Of a stretch of DNA of 64,000 nucleotides, positions 1 to 12,135 are shown one piece after another (the first letter of the stretch is position 1; every line of letters begins with the position of its first letter). The notes beneath the pieces were generated by a model. The model was given only the letters and a program-made list of their open reading frames with translations, was not told the DNA's origin and ran no database searches. Origin of the DNA: Cyanophora paradoxa CCMP329 (taxonomy: Eukaryota; Plantae; Glaucophyta); the NCBI GenBank assembly GCA_004431415.1, contig QPMI01000148.1, positions 1-64,000 on the forward strand. Direction: 5' to 3'. Both the position numbers and the translations under genes were made by a program.

Positions 1-1920
1 GTGAATGTCTGTAACATCGAGAGGATACCTTATTTTTAATCGATCTTCGGGGTCAAATCGCGGAATAGTTCCTGTTGCCTTCCAACTGATAGTAAAGGGA
101 GGAGCAAGGGACACTGCTGGGATAACAGAGAGATTAAATTTCGAAAAATACAACCCAACAGGATATGACAGAGCATATGTCACTGTTGCATTTCCGACAA
201 GTGTGAAGCCGGTGGTTGTTATGTTAGTTGCAACAAATGGGGAGTAGCCGGCTGGTGCATTTTGAGTGATGTAGCTGACCCATCATTGACCACATACAAA
301 TTCGTGTCTGTTATTTCAATAGTAGGAGGGGAAACAAATGGTGTCTCAAATGTGAAATTAAAATTCGCTGGAACCCCTGCAAGATATCTATATGTTGTTG
401 CTGATATCTCGGATGCCTGGAATACTTTGCTTCCACTCCGCACTACATTACTTGTGTCTTTCACATTGTGGTATAGATGCTGGGAGTCGGGAGAGCACCA
501 ACGAAATAGCATCTGGTAAATCAGACTTTGTTATACAGTTCTTTAAGATACTCCTTTTAAAAGGGGCGGTCAATTCTCCAATAGTAGCCGATGATCCTGC
601 GACCACAATATTACAGGTGTTTGCACTCAAAGTATAAACTGTGTTCCACCTTAAAGAATTCGCCCCAAGATCGAAATTCTGTGAGAAGGGCACGATATTG
701 CTACCTTGTAAATCTCGGTAAACCTTCACTCTGGGTTTGCTATCGAATTCAGGGGTGATATAATTGATGTTAAGAGTGAAACTAATAGTAGCTTCGGAAC
801 TCAATGAGTTGTTTCGGATGATAAGTAAATTGTATGTCTCGTTAATGACAAACGAAACCTGAAACCCTGTGGAGGTGACATTTTGGATAAATGCTTTATT
901 AGATTCATTATTGTTATAGATAGGATTATAATAAGTAGTGTGATCCACCAATGAAACAGTGGGTATATCGTCTCGAAACCTGTGACACCCAACTGATCCC
1001 AAGTGAATGTATATGTAGGTTTGCCTACATAAGCGACATAGACCCCATTTGCGAGCTGCTGAGGGTATCCCTCGACAGTGTAGGTCTCAGTTCGCGAAAC
1101 TGAGCGGGAAAGATTGCTGTTAAAGTCGTTATAGCTGATCAGAGCTCTCTCATCAGTGGTAAATCACTGGGTCGGACTGAGTGATTGAAAGGCAAGATTA
1201 TGTTACTTGTTTTTGAGGTCGTGCTATAAAGGTTAGTCGTGTGCAAGTCATCAAACCACCCATCATAGGCATACACATTGAGCCATTTCTTAACAGCATC
1301 AGTGTTAGATTGCCCGAGATTAAATTGATGATCGAGCAAAGGCACCAAATCGCGGGATAAATACATGATCGCATCAGTGATGGTGATAGCCCTGTTAAAA
1401 CAGCGAGCCCTGCCGTGTTTGCTGCGGTAGCAATTGATAAACCCGAGATTTCGAGATCCTGGGCTACATCTCGCTCGTTTTGTGAATCGCTCACTATAAA
1501 ACTCCTTTACAAGGTCGACCCCCATGACATCAATTAAATGCGGTCGAGTGAGGGTGATATTGCTTGTGATGCTCTGCGAATATTTAACAGGATCCCATTC
1601 GACGACAGCTGTCAGTGGGATGGGGCGGGCTTTATTGATTTCGTGCTGGAAGGTTCGCACAGTGGGGAAATTGCTGCCAAAGAATGCAACAGGTGAGCCC
1701 CCATGATAGATAACGAGGGCTGAGTTATCAGTGCCATAGGTAAAAGGGAGATTGCTGGTGATATCATATATTCAAGGTTGCTCTGATTTAATAGAAAGTC
1801 TTTTACCACAAGGTTCGAAGATATGGTCACATTGGAAGCGGTAATGTTACTGCTGAGCTCGAAACCGTCATCCAAATACAAGGTTTCCCGAGTGATAAAG
1901 GGGAGATTCGTGATACTCAT
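1..1920 (-). pseudogene. Frameshifted long beta-rich protein, putative virion fibre/receptor-binding protein (continues beyond window)
   Basis: Consecutive minus-strand ORF pieces (1612-1920, 1139-1660, 448-1002, 219-512) rich in T/S/N/I. Motifs FIQNVTSTGFQV and FNFTFETPFVSPPTI resemble H-lectin/tail-fibre-like beta domains; sits next to a penton gene. Confidence 0.45.
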
Positions 1921-1938
1921 TTGTAATATAAGATTATT

Positions 1939-2911
1939 TTAACCCGATAGCACCTCTAATATAAAGCTGTGATTAACGCCATTAAAGTCGACTACATTAT
2001 TGTAGGCATCGAGCCATTTAATTGTGAGGGTGTCTATATCATAAGCCTGATCGTGGGAATTAAAGAACTCCACAGTATCAATTCTGCGGAATGTCAGGTA
2101 GTAAACAAACGATCCCAAGGGGCTGGTTAGTGGAACCTTAGCAAGGTTACCATTTCCGCCCTCATCAGTCTTTGCTGCTACCATATACTTGTCGTAAAAG
2201 GGCGTAAACTCTTTAATTTGTAGGTAAACATAGGGGGTCGGATTAAGATTAATCGCATTCGGGAAGGTCACTGCATGTTCGAGAGGGAATGGAAGCACAG
2301 ATATTCCGGCGGGGTATTTTGTTTTGCCCTCAAAGGCTTGTAGAAATGAGTATTTTGGATTGCTGGGTGTGAGGGGTAAATAGTCTACCGTGAGATGCTC
2401 TGAATCCTCACCAACTGGAATTGTTTGATAAATATCCCCTTTGATCATTCCATGGAACCTTGCAAAGTCGTCATGTGCACAGCTCAGTGTGAGGGGAATG
2501 CTCGAATAAAACGTAATTTTCATAGTCGCTGGATTATAGAGCCACTTGTAGTAGACTGTGACGCTTTCGCTTGTGAGAGGGTTTACATCGACAAAGCTGC
2601 CCGAATAGCCTAAGTTCTTATTACCATATCCCCAAATCGCGGGGTGTAGTTTCCTATTCAGGGAAAGGGGAAAAGGTGATGCTGTTCGTCATTCCCTGTA
2701 TGGTCACGCCTCTGGAATTATCGGTGACAGCATAAATCGTGTTTGGGAGCTCGGCGCTCGCAATGCGCACCCCTTTTACGTTCAGAAGTCGCTGAGAAAG
2801 CTTTACTGTATATTCTCCCGGGTGCCCTGCACTGCGCTCAATAGAATCGATATTAACATTGACCCTCGTAAACTTGCCATTATAGAAATCGTTAACTGGC
2901 TTCCGAATCAT
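1939..2911 (-). pseudogene. Penton/minor-capsid-like protein 1 (frameshifted)
   Basis: N-term NIDSIERS..GEYTVKLSQRLLNVKGVRIASAELPN; C-term YVYLQIKE..LAKVPL..DTLTIKWLDAYNNVVDFNGVNHSFILEV. This is the pattern of PLV/NCLDV single jelly-roll minor capsid proteins. Confidence 0.75.
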
Positions 2912-2938
2912 TTTTATTTCCTATTAATAAAGAATAAA

Positions 2939-4118
2939 ATGCGCGAGTATCTCAGCATCAGTAGCCGTGATCGATCAGAGGGCTCGGCTCATTCCTATAA
3001 GGTGACCCTTCCAAAGCAATACCACAATGTGAAGAGCATCGCTGTGCGACAGATCGAATTTTCCAACACGATTCCGACGGTTCCAAGCCCTCAATTCTAT
3101 ACTGAATCGGGGAAACGAAAGCCGATGATGCTAATACGATTTTCATATCATTTCCTTACCGATTTTCGAGCGGTCAGCTGAATGGTGCCACTCAGGAAAT
3201 CAGAGATTCACAGGCAACTGCAATATATGACGCTTACAAAGCCATAGATGCTGGCGACCAAGCAACTATATAACCGCCTGATTACCTAAACACTTTCAGA
3301 AGATATACCCGATACAGAGACGTAGCAATTACGATCCTCCGGGCACATACTCGACTGGAACCGACCTTGCACTGCAATCGATAACATCTTAACGAAAAAT
3401 GGAACTGGCAACTACATCAAGGATATGATCGACACAAAATTAATCCAAGCTACGCATCGACAGGAGGAACCTTTTACCCGGTGTGAGATGTCGTTTTGAG
3501 AGCACATTAAATGCTATATGCTTTTATTCGAGTGATTATGTCTACATAGCTTTCACGAAATATGGACCGAGTAATGCACTGCGTCTACTGCGAATGAAAG
3601 AAAGGTGCTCGCCTATCGCACGATGACTCTTCTCGGGTTTACATCGATCAGAGAGAATATAATGATAGATCAATACAACGGATCGGGCTACACAGCCTTC
3701 GCTGGGAGCGGTGTCGTTTACTCAGCTGGTGATGCATTCCGCAATTATAATTCGACGGCTCTGGTCTTAGCATAGCGGAGGCACTGCCCGGATTATACAC
3801 CGGATAATGCAATAGTTTTAAAGATCACAGAGCCGGACTGCTCGCTTTTTACGACATGCACCGAGGCTACTAATGGATTCCTCGCTAAGATCCCGATTTC
3901 GAAAGGCACAGCCTATGCTGATGCTGAGCTAATTAATTATGGGCGGATGCTTTCACGAAATACTTTAACACCGCCTCTCCTTTGATAGTTTAACCGTTCA
4001 AATTCTCACGGAGAGCGGTTATAGGTATTTCCTCGGAAGCTGCGAGCACACATTCATTTTGGAATTACTATGGGAGTGGATGAGCCCGACGACGATTTAC
4101 AGCGCATTGTTAATAGGG
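2939..4118 (+). pseudogene. Penton/minor-capsid-like protein 2 (multiple frameshifts)
   Basis: Starts MREYLSISSRDRSEGSAHSYKVTLPKQYHNVKSIAVRQIEFSNT. Hand translation of 3810-4080 gives IVLKITE..GFLAKIPI..FDSLTVQILTESGYRYFLGSCEHTFILEL, paralogous to the divergent gene. Confidence 0.7.
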
Positions 4119-4240
4119 ATTCGCGAAAATGCTTATGAGGACTACCGCATTGCGGCAATTTAACGAATGCGTTGAGCGGGTGGCTGTAAAAAATAATCCG
4201 TTCTTCTAAAATAAATTTCTCAGCGAAGATAAAACGAAAT

Positions 4241-5671
4241 ATGGATCCACGACCTCGCTTAGCCGCCTCACGCTCAAATCCGTCCTCGAAACCCCGGAGG
4301 ATTACAAGAGCATGCTTTTGGATCGCGGATTTATTGTGGGCGTTGATAACAATTCAAGCCTTCTCGTGTTGAGGTGCTCCAATTGCGGATCCCGGCAATC
4401 TGTTCTCCTCTACTGGTGCTACCACTCGTGTGGTCTTCTATCTCCCTCGCTACAATTGGTGCAATGGTATTAGCCTCCAAGTTACCATCCGTCGGCGAAG
4501 GCGCTGACTGCCATCGCCAAGACCTCTGCTGACTGCTCGGCTGATCTATTCATACTGGATTCGTCGCGGGCTTCCTGGCTCGTTTTCAGCGAGTCAGCAT
4601 TAAATACGGGTCGTATGAGCAAATTATCCGCTGAGCGCCTGGTAGATTACGCTTTCCTCGCTAACACTCCGGCTGAATTCGACCAAAAGAAGCGCAAGCA
4701 TGGGCTGCATCTCGGACCGAAGTAGAGGGCGGCAACCAAGCTGGCGGCATTTTTACCATGCGAATTCCGAGCTTCCTCGATGCTGGCGTGCCATCGGTGC
4801 GCTCCCATCCGAAATCGCGGTCGAAGTATATTTCCAAACCCCTGCGCTGCTCGAAACTGCGGCGGTTCCTGGCGTTTACGCTCAGAATAACACGACTGCA
4901 ATTACTGCTGCCAATTCTACTGATGGCGAGACGACGCTTGCTGTTGCGGCTGCTTTCGGAAATATTAAGACCTTAGCTCACCCTAATGCCACTGCGATTT
5001 TCGATAGTGCGGCTCTCACACCTACACCTGCTCTTGCGAATCTGGAAATGACGACCCCTCGTATTATTATGGATGCTGTTAACATCGATGAGGAAACGAT
5101 GGGCGAAATCATTACTCGTGTTAAGACCTCTGGCATCGCCATCCCTACACTGATATTCAGTTTGCGGATTATACCGGTCTTGCTCTCGGCTCTGGTCTCC
5201 GCCTGTCACTATCTCAAATTTCGGGACTTGTTATGCACTTGTTGTCAAGGTTCGCGACGAAAACACACTCGGCGATAATAAAGGAGGGCACTCTAACTGT
5301 CCGCACCTTGCCTTCGATGATAATGTCGTGATGCAAGTTCTGAATAACAACAATTACCTATATTCTAACACTGGTGTCCCGCTGCAATCTGCGGCTATGG
5401 AGCTCGCCGATAAATTCAAGATGACTAACTGATCGATAGCAACAAGCGCCCATTTACACTGGCTTCTGCTTTGCTCTCGATGGTAAAGCGGCGCTCAAAG
5501 GTGAGAAGGCGACTGGCTACGTCGATCTAACGCAATCAGCGTCGAGCTTCCTATCCTCACACCCAATGGCACACCCTCGCCACCTGGACAAAGGTCGGTG
5601 TTCAGATCTCGGCTTATTGCCACAATATCCTTGTAATGAATGCCAACGGTCTCAGTAGAATTAGCGCCTGA
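4241..5671 (+). pseudogene. Double jelly-roll major capsid protein, PLV type (frameshifted)
   Basis: About 1.43 kb between pentons and ATPase. Fragments TTRVVFYLPR, FQRVSIKYG, PRIIMDAVNIDEETMGEIITRVKTSGIAIPT and C-term YCHNILVMNANGLSRISA* fit a PLV MCP in size, position and style. Confidence 0.7.
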
Positions 5672-5722
5672 AGGAATGAGGGCTGTCGCGTTTCGTAATT
5701 TTTATATGTTTCTTATAAGGAA

Positions 5723-6496
5723 ATGGATATACAAGATCTGAGTGAGTTTGACCCGGGAAGCCTGGAATTTCCGAATCGCGCCGTTTTTGTGGGCAAAACA
5801 GCACTGGGAAGTCAGTGTTTTTGAAATACTGCTTTACCACAACGAGGACAAGATAGATTCGGTGATGATATTCGCCTCCACGATCTGGAATCATCAATAT
5901 GATAATGTCACATCGTATCTGTATGAGGATTTCGACCATAAGCTGATCGACAATATAATAGAGAAACGCAAGGAGAGGATCAAGAAAAATGAGAAAGTCG
6001 GTAACCTGTTAATTGTGCTGGACGATTTTATTGATAATCCGAGTCTATCGATGTCAGGAAAGGGTGAGCCTATATTAAATCGTCTTTTCACTGCTGGACG
6101 CCATCTGTTTGTGAGCGTCTGGATTCTGTCACAGAAACTCACGAAGATCTCGCCGACACTCAGAGTAAACGCCGAATATATATTCCTGTTCTCATTGCCG
6201 AATAGAAAGGAGATGGAGAGCGCCGAGGACGAGTTAATCCATACGAAAAGCGGTGGTTCGAGAAGGTGATGACCGAATACAGTCACAGCTATCAGGTGAT
6301 CGTGGTAAACAATGCGAAATATAGCCTGGAATTCTCTGTTGGCAAGGCTGATCCGGTGCCCGACGAATATAAATTCAAGCGCTTCTTTAAAAAAGCGGCG
6401 GACGACATAAAGACCGCTGGTAAACAGCCGGTAAAACCGACGTCGGGCGCGGTAAATGGCGACCAACCCCAAACCACGATATTACGAAACCTGTGA
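5723..6496 (+). pseudogene. A32/FtsK-HerA family genome packaging ATPase (frameshifted)
   Basis: Walker A across a frameshift (AVFVGKT/STGKS), Walker B LLIVLDD, family motif LFTAGRHLFVSVWILSQ..ISPTLRVNAEYIFLF. Confidence 0.9.
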
Positions 6497-6656
6497 GTGG
6501 AAACGTCGCCACTTTAAAGCGATCCACCAAAAGAATAATAGAAGCCGACCTACTTAAAGACCCCAATCTATTGCTGGCATACCAAGAAAAGCGCCGCCCA
6601 AAATTTGCAAAGAAATTGGGTAAATTTTGAATAAATTTCTCGCATAATGATAAATG

Positions 6657-7300
6657 CCACCAAGAACTCGCGGAAAGCGATCCAAATGGAAGATCAAAGC
6701 GCTGTTGTCGCTGGCAAGATTAATCCTGCGGAGGATGCTGGTCGCACTGGCGGTGCTGCCGCTTCTGACCAAATAGATTTCGATCTGATTGACCCGAATA
6801 CAAAGGTTTCAGAGCGTGCTCAAAAGGCGGATGCTAAGCGGGAGCCGTCGATTCCACTGATAGAAAGCTGGCGGATCAATCCCTCGCCGAATCACAGCTC
6901 ACAGGCGAAAAGCTAACCGATAATAAGGTGGTAAAAGCCGAAGCAACAGCCGCTTTACCTGCATCGATGGAAGCCCCTAAAAAGCGGGCATCTGTCTATG
7001 TGACCAAGGGCGAGAAAGTCGGTCAGGAATTAGAGAGAAGTTTAGGGTGCTGGAAGCGCGACTGGCTACCTACGACACTACTGTGAGAGCCTTTGATGAT
7101 TTTACCAAGGACTACAAACAGCGCAAGCTGATTAAACAGGCTGTTCGAGTGGAAATGGAAAGAAGCGGGCAACTGTTCCCGATATTCAGACAGTCGAGAA
7201 AAAAGAGACAGTCATAGCTGAAAATGCACCAAAGCCGGGCGGTTTCGTTAACCCATCGGGTGTGCATGCACAGCCGGGTGCCAATCTGTCATCTATGTTT
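6657..7300 (+). pseudogene. Hypothetical viral protein (frameshifted)
   Basis: ATG at 6657 after the AT-rich upstream motif; K/E/A-rich coding-like fragments; no recognisable domain. Confidence 0.35.
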
Positions 7301-7521
7301 GGTGGGCGTCGTCGCTTCTAATGTGCAAGTCGTTCAAACATAAATGAATCCGCCCGTATTTAGAGCGGGTCTTAATATGAATTCCCTTGCAATAGGGACA
7401 GGTCGGCTCCACAAACACCATTATAAGGTCGACTAATTCGTATGGGAACACACGAGCAAGTAACACCCTCATTCCCTTTTCTTTTCTCCAATATTTAATA
7501 CGTTGTGCAATATTAGGATCT

Positions 7522-7797
7522 ATGAATTTCATCACGCAATGCATTGAGATGTTTCACCTGCATTTCACAAGCACGTGCCACAACTCCTGCTGCGACACAA
7601 CCGTAGAGGTTGACATTTCGGACGAGGATAATGGAGGAAGGCGATTATCTGTATATTCCAACCACAGCGATAATCACGATCGTCCCCGATCTCGATCGCC
7701 CTCGCCTGTGCCCGCTGACTCCAATATAATCCCACAGGTAGCAATAGAAGACGTGCAAGTATCCTATATAAGACGCCGTCGTGCCCTAATTTCGTAG
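7522..7797 (+). CDS. Hypothetical small viral protein, Cys/His-rich N-terminus
   Basis: 91-aa ORF with ATG start inside the viral block; no family recognised. Confidence 0.35.
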   Translation: MNFITQCIEMFHLHFTSTCHNSCCDTTVEVDISDEDNGGRRLSVYSNHSDNHDRPRSRSPSPVPADSNIIPQVAIEDVQVSYIRRRRALIS

Positions 7798-8012
7798 AAG
7801 GTCATATTCGCGTTGATTCGCCATATCCGCCAATTAATCCGCTTTATTTGGGCGAATACGATCGCTGAAACAATTTTCGCGGTAAATAGTATCGAATGCC
7901 CGACCCTGATCTCTACGCGATCCTATACAGGAAACGCGCGCAAAATGCACTGGAAGCCGCTATTAAAAAACGTAGAGAAGAGCTCGCTTCGGTCACAAAA
8001 AATGACAGCTCA

Positions 8013-8085
8013 GAAAATGATTTAAAGAAGAAATAGCAAAGACCACTGATAAAAATATTTTCTCAGCTTAAAGTAAGGTAAACCA
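8013..8085 (+). promoter_or_regulatory. Putative viral promoter motif, copy 1
   Basis: AAAATGATTTAAAG..AAAATATTTTCTCAGCTTAAAGTAA immediately before ATG 8086; near-identical to 15721-15794. Confidence 0.7.
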
Positions 8086-8307
8086 ATGGAGACGCATGCT
8101 ATGACTGTGTATGATAAGAACGGGAACCCGGTAGATCTCGATAAGGCGGGCTGGCGTGTCAGGGATATATATAAACAGCGGATGCGCTATAACGACGATC
8201 CCGAATATCGCGAATTAAAAAAGAAAAAGGCGCTAGAATATTACTACCGTCGCAAGCAAGAAGAGGGCATCCATAGTGGAAACCGCGGGCGACCCCGCAA
8301 GTATTAA
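8086..8307 (+). CDS. Small basic DNA-binding protein with C-terminal AT-hook
   Basis: Intact 73-aa ORF; basic helix YRELKKKKALEYYYRRK and terminal RGRPRKY AT-hook; conserved upstream motif. Confidence 0.7.
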   Translation: METHAMTVYDKNGNPVDLDKAGWRVRDIYKQRMRYNDDPEYRELKKKKALEYYYRRKQEEGIHSGNRGRPRKY

Positions 8308-8487
8308 ACGCAATCCGCCGCTGAATCCATTCCTTATTTTTCAAGCGGCTTTCCGATGCATATCGGCAAGCTCCCTAATCGGTTTTAGTCATCGGAAAAA
8401 ATTTGTAGGGCATTTAAAGACAACTCGCCAAAATTTGATCAGCCTAAGAAAATTAATTTCTTGCATTAAGGTAGAAAGACATCGAAA

Positions 8488-10890
8488 ATGGCGAAGATGA
8501 CGTTGAAACAAAAGACTTTACTCCAAGAGCTCGCTGATTGGCTGCGTGGCGATGAGACCTTGTCGAAAAACACGATTATTCCCATGAAAGACGAGGTTAA
8601 AAAGCCCGCCTACACCATAAAGGCGGTGTTTGGAACTGGGGAAGATACGACGAAGCCTTTGCTTCCAACGAGTTCACTAATTGGGGCATTCTGCTGTCGA
8701 ATTCGATGATGGTCGTTGATTTCGACGATGAGGAAACGTATCAGAAATTCGTTGAGATGTTTCCCGGTGATTTCGATGCCCATCAGCCGCTCGAAAAGAC
8801 TCGAAGGGCTACCATGTATTCTTTCGACGCCCTGATGAGTTTGATAAGCTGAAAATCACAGATAGCGCGCCGGCTTTTAAGGGATACAAGAAGGTCGACC
8901 TCAAAACCATCACTGGCACTGGCACTGCGGGACTTCTCAATGTATGCCCGAGCCCTAACAAGACCTGGTAATTAAGCCGTGGGCACCGTCGTGCAAGTTC
9001 AATGAGCCCTCTGACGCTTTCCGTAAATGGATTATCGAGAACTACGATTACAAGCATGCCAATAATCCACAGCCGAAAGCGGGAATTCGAGCAAGGATAA
9101 TACCGAAGCCGCTATTATTGCCGGACTGTGTGGCATGGGGTTCCTATTCCAAACATCTATGCACGCCGCGATGAGGGCTTTGACTTTAATTCGGCTAACA
9201 AGGGGTTCCTGTGTCCCTGCTGCGATGAATCCCACGATTCCAATAACTGGTGGGTGAAGAAAAAGCGAGATGGCAATTATAATGAGTATATTGTGAAAAG
9301 TTATAGCGAGAACTGCGAGCCGAAAGAGTTCTCTGTTAACATAGAGCTGACTGAGGAAGAGAAGCACCATTTAGAAATTAATACTCTCATTGACAAGACG
9401 TTTCAGTTGAAGGTGCCATTATCCTGTTGCAATTATCTGCGCCAAGATCCTGAAAGCGACCACGAAATATTCAAATAAGGTCTGGTTTAACCTTAACCCC
9501 AAAAATGGTATCTGGAAATATGATAAAACGGAGAAGTCGTTACTTTCTAAGATCCCCGAGCATGTGGCACAGTGGTTCTCTAAGAGGGCGGGCTATCATC
9601 TTTCCAATGCTCTCAGGGCAAGTGGAGATGATCTTGTGAAGGAAAAGCTGAGAAGAGCGCCAACATGTTGCTGGCAATTCACAAGAGGATTCAGAATACA
9701 CCGTATCAAAAGTCGCTGGAACCGCATATTATCACACAGCTGCAAGACGATGACTTTATGGCGACTCTGGACACAGTTCCCAATATTGTGGGGTTTACCA
9801 ATGGCGTGTTTGATCTAAATAATATGACTTTCCGCAAGGGGACGATGGAAGATATGGTGAGCAAGACTGTCGGCTTTGATTATAGCGAGGAAGTGGATCA
9901 GGAGAAGGTTAAAAGACTGAAAGACATTTATTTGGATATCTGTGGCGGAATATGGAACTCTACAATTACCTGATCAGCCTCTATGCATATGCACTCACAG
10001 GTAAAACCGACCTGCAACGTTCTATCTGTTCACAGGCGTCGGTGCTAATGGAAAGAGTGTGATTGAAACGTTTATGCAAGAGACATTCGGCGATTATGGT
10101 CGCCCGATTAGCATTACTTTGCTCACACAAGTCCACAAAGCAAATAGCCCGATTCCCGAGCTTGCTAATAAGCAAGGTGTCCGGCTCACCATGCAAACGA
10201 ACCTAATGATGGCGACAAGCTTCTATGCGGTATGATGAAGACACTGACAGGTGGCGAGCTCTGCACAGCCCGAGGACTTTTCAAGGATCCTATTGATTTC
10301 AAGCCTCGGTTTACTATGGTGATCCTGTGCAACAATAATCTGGAAATCGAAAAGCCCGACAAAGCTATTAAGCGTCGGTTCCGATCGATCCCATTCCGCT
10401 CTGTTTACTCACCTAATCCAAAGCCGGAGAGAAGAAAGCGGACGAAACCCTCATGGAAATGTTTGAGGGCGACGAGAAAAATGAATACAAGCGGGCAAAT
10501 ATTCAGATTCTCATCGATATGCTCGCTACTGGCAAAGTTAAAGAGATCCTGCAAAACCCGCCGCAATCTGTCATCGAGCATAGCGCCAAATACCTCGACG
10601 ACAGCGATAAGCTGGGTTCCTATCTGCGCGAAAACTACAAACCATCAGATGAGAAGGGCGCCCATGTTGCCTGCGATGAGGTATTCAAAGCTTGCGCGGA
10701 AATGATGCGAAGCTACGATATCAAGACAAAGGTTACCACTCGCACTATCAGTAACAAAGTGCTCGAAACATTCAAGATTGAATCGACTGTGACTACAATT
10801 AAAGGGAAGTCGAAGCGAGTTTATAAGGGGCTCACTAAGATCGCCAAGACACAGTTCGAAGACGAAGATGAGGACGATATTGAAGCATAA
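8488..10890 (+). pseudogene. Bifunctional primase-polymerase fused to D5-like SF3 helicase (frameshifted)
   Basis: PrimPol motifs VVDFDD and KTRRGYHVFF (8710-8830); Cys cluster CPCC..H..C; D5_N-like VGFTNGVFDL..FRKG..DMVSKTVGFDY; Walker A FTGVGANGKS (~10030); MKTLTGGE..ARGLFKDP; ILCNN; KAIKRRFRSIPF. Confidence 0.9.
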
Positions 10891-10907
10891 GCGACACGGA
10901 AACAATT

Positions 10908-11180
10908 AATAACTACATCATTTTTTAGTAACTACGCAACTACATAGCGAAGCTACGCAATTTAATACTGGAAACTACGCATTTAATACCAAAACTACGC
11001 AACTACGCAACTTTCTGCAAAAGGTTTGAAGGTCGGGGCGGCAAAAATTCTGAAAAGCGCAAAAGTTGCGTAGTTGCGTAGTTTCGGTATTAAGTGCGTA
11101 GTTTTGGTTTCAAGTTGCGTAGTTTTGCAAGGAAAGTCAAGTAGTTTCATGTAGTTTATTATATTAATTAAGTAGTTTAT
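10908..11180 (-). repeat. Iteron-like palindromic element, copy A
   Basis: Arrays of AACTACGCA facing arrays of TGCGTAGTT around a ~55-bp asymmetric core; its reverse complement aligns with copies B and C. Confidence 0.9.
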
Positions 11181-11657
11181 TATTTTGTATACTGTATATC
11201 GTGCCATTCTCAAAATATGATTAAGGTATATAAGCCTTCCTTTGATTGTATATACTGACAACACAATGACCGCTATCAGACCTACCTATACGCACGCCCT
11301 GACTGCGGACGAGATCACTCAAACCGCGACCATGGATATTGAAGCCACACAGGATCTTTTCAGGCGAATATTCGGTTACTACCGAATTGCCGTGGTAAAA
11401 AGACAAAAACCCATGTTATCAAATCTGACACTATGCAACTGACAATAGAGCTGCCCGAAAACGTAAGACTAACGGTAAGAAGTGTCACAAAGCTAACTTA
11501 GGCACTTGCAATTAATGGTATTGTTGCAAACTCTCAATACGACAAACTGGACAGGAAAAACGTTGTTTATAAGTCATTTCGGATATACAAGATTCACACA
11601 CAGAACTATTGCACTGCACACAAGCTAAATCTTCCGTTTCTATAACCTCTAAACAAA

Positions 11658-12005
11658 TCACACACTTAACTTCCCATCTTGTTTTTTAGAAAAGCCCGAT
11701 ATAACATTTTGTATTACCTCAATGCATTTCTCTTTCGTAATGTCAAGTGGTATTAACATTTTATATCCTTTGTAAACCAATGCGCATATGTGCTGCCTAC
11801 GAGGATGGTAAAACTGGGAAGCCATATTAAGATGTAAAAACATGTCCTGATGTTTACGCGTTTGTGATATAACAAAGATTACCTTCTTACGGGCATTCTT
11901 CTTTTCCCATTTGAGATAGTTCTTGTCTGTGCATTCTTTTGTTGCTTCTGTTACGGGAATATTTGTAAGTGTCTTACAATATTCTATTATCTCTTGGGTA
12001 TTCAT
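11658..12005 (-). CDS. Hypothetical viral protein
   Basis: Intact 115-aa Lys-rich ORF in an AT-rich patch; no family recognised. Confidence 0.5.
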   Translation of the reverse strand: MNTQEIIEYCKTLTNIPVTEATKECTDKNYLKWEKKNARKKVIFVISQTRKHQDMFLHLNMASQFYHPRRQHICALVYKGYKMLIPLDITKEKCIEVIQNVISGFSKKQDGKLSV

Positions 12006-12135
12006 TGTGTTTCTCTATATCTGATACACATAAAATGTTTTCCTCCGTGTCATTTTTTGAGATGTCCTTAAATATGTTTCCACATTTTTTGAACGCGTCC
12101 TTTCCCGAAATTAAAATGTTCCCTTAGAGTAAAAG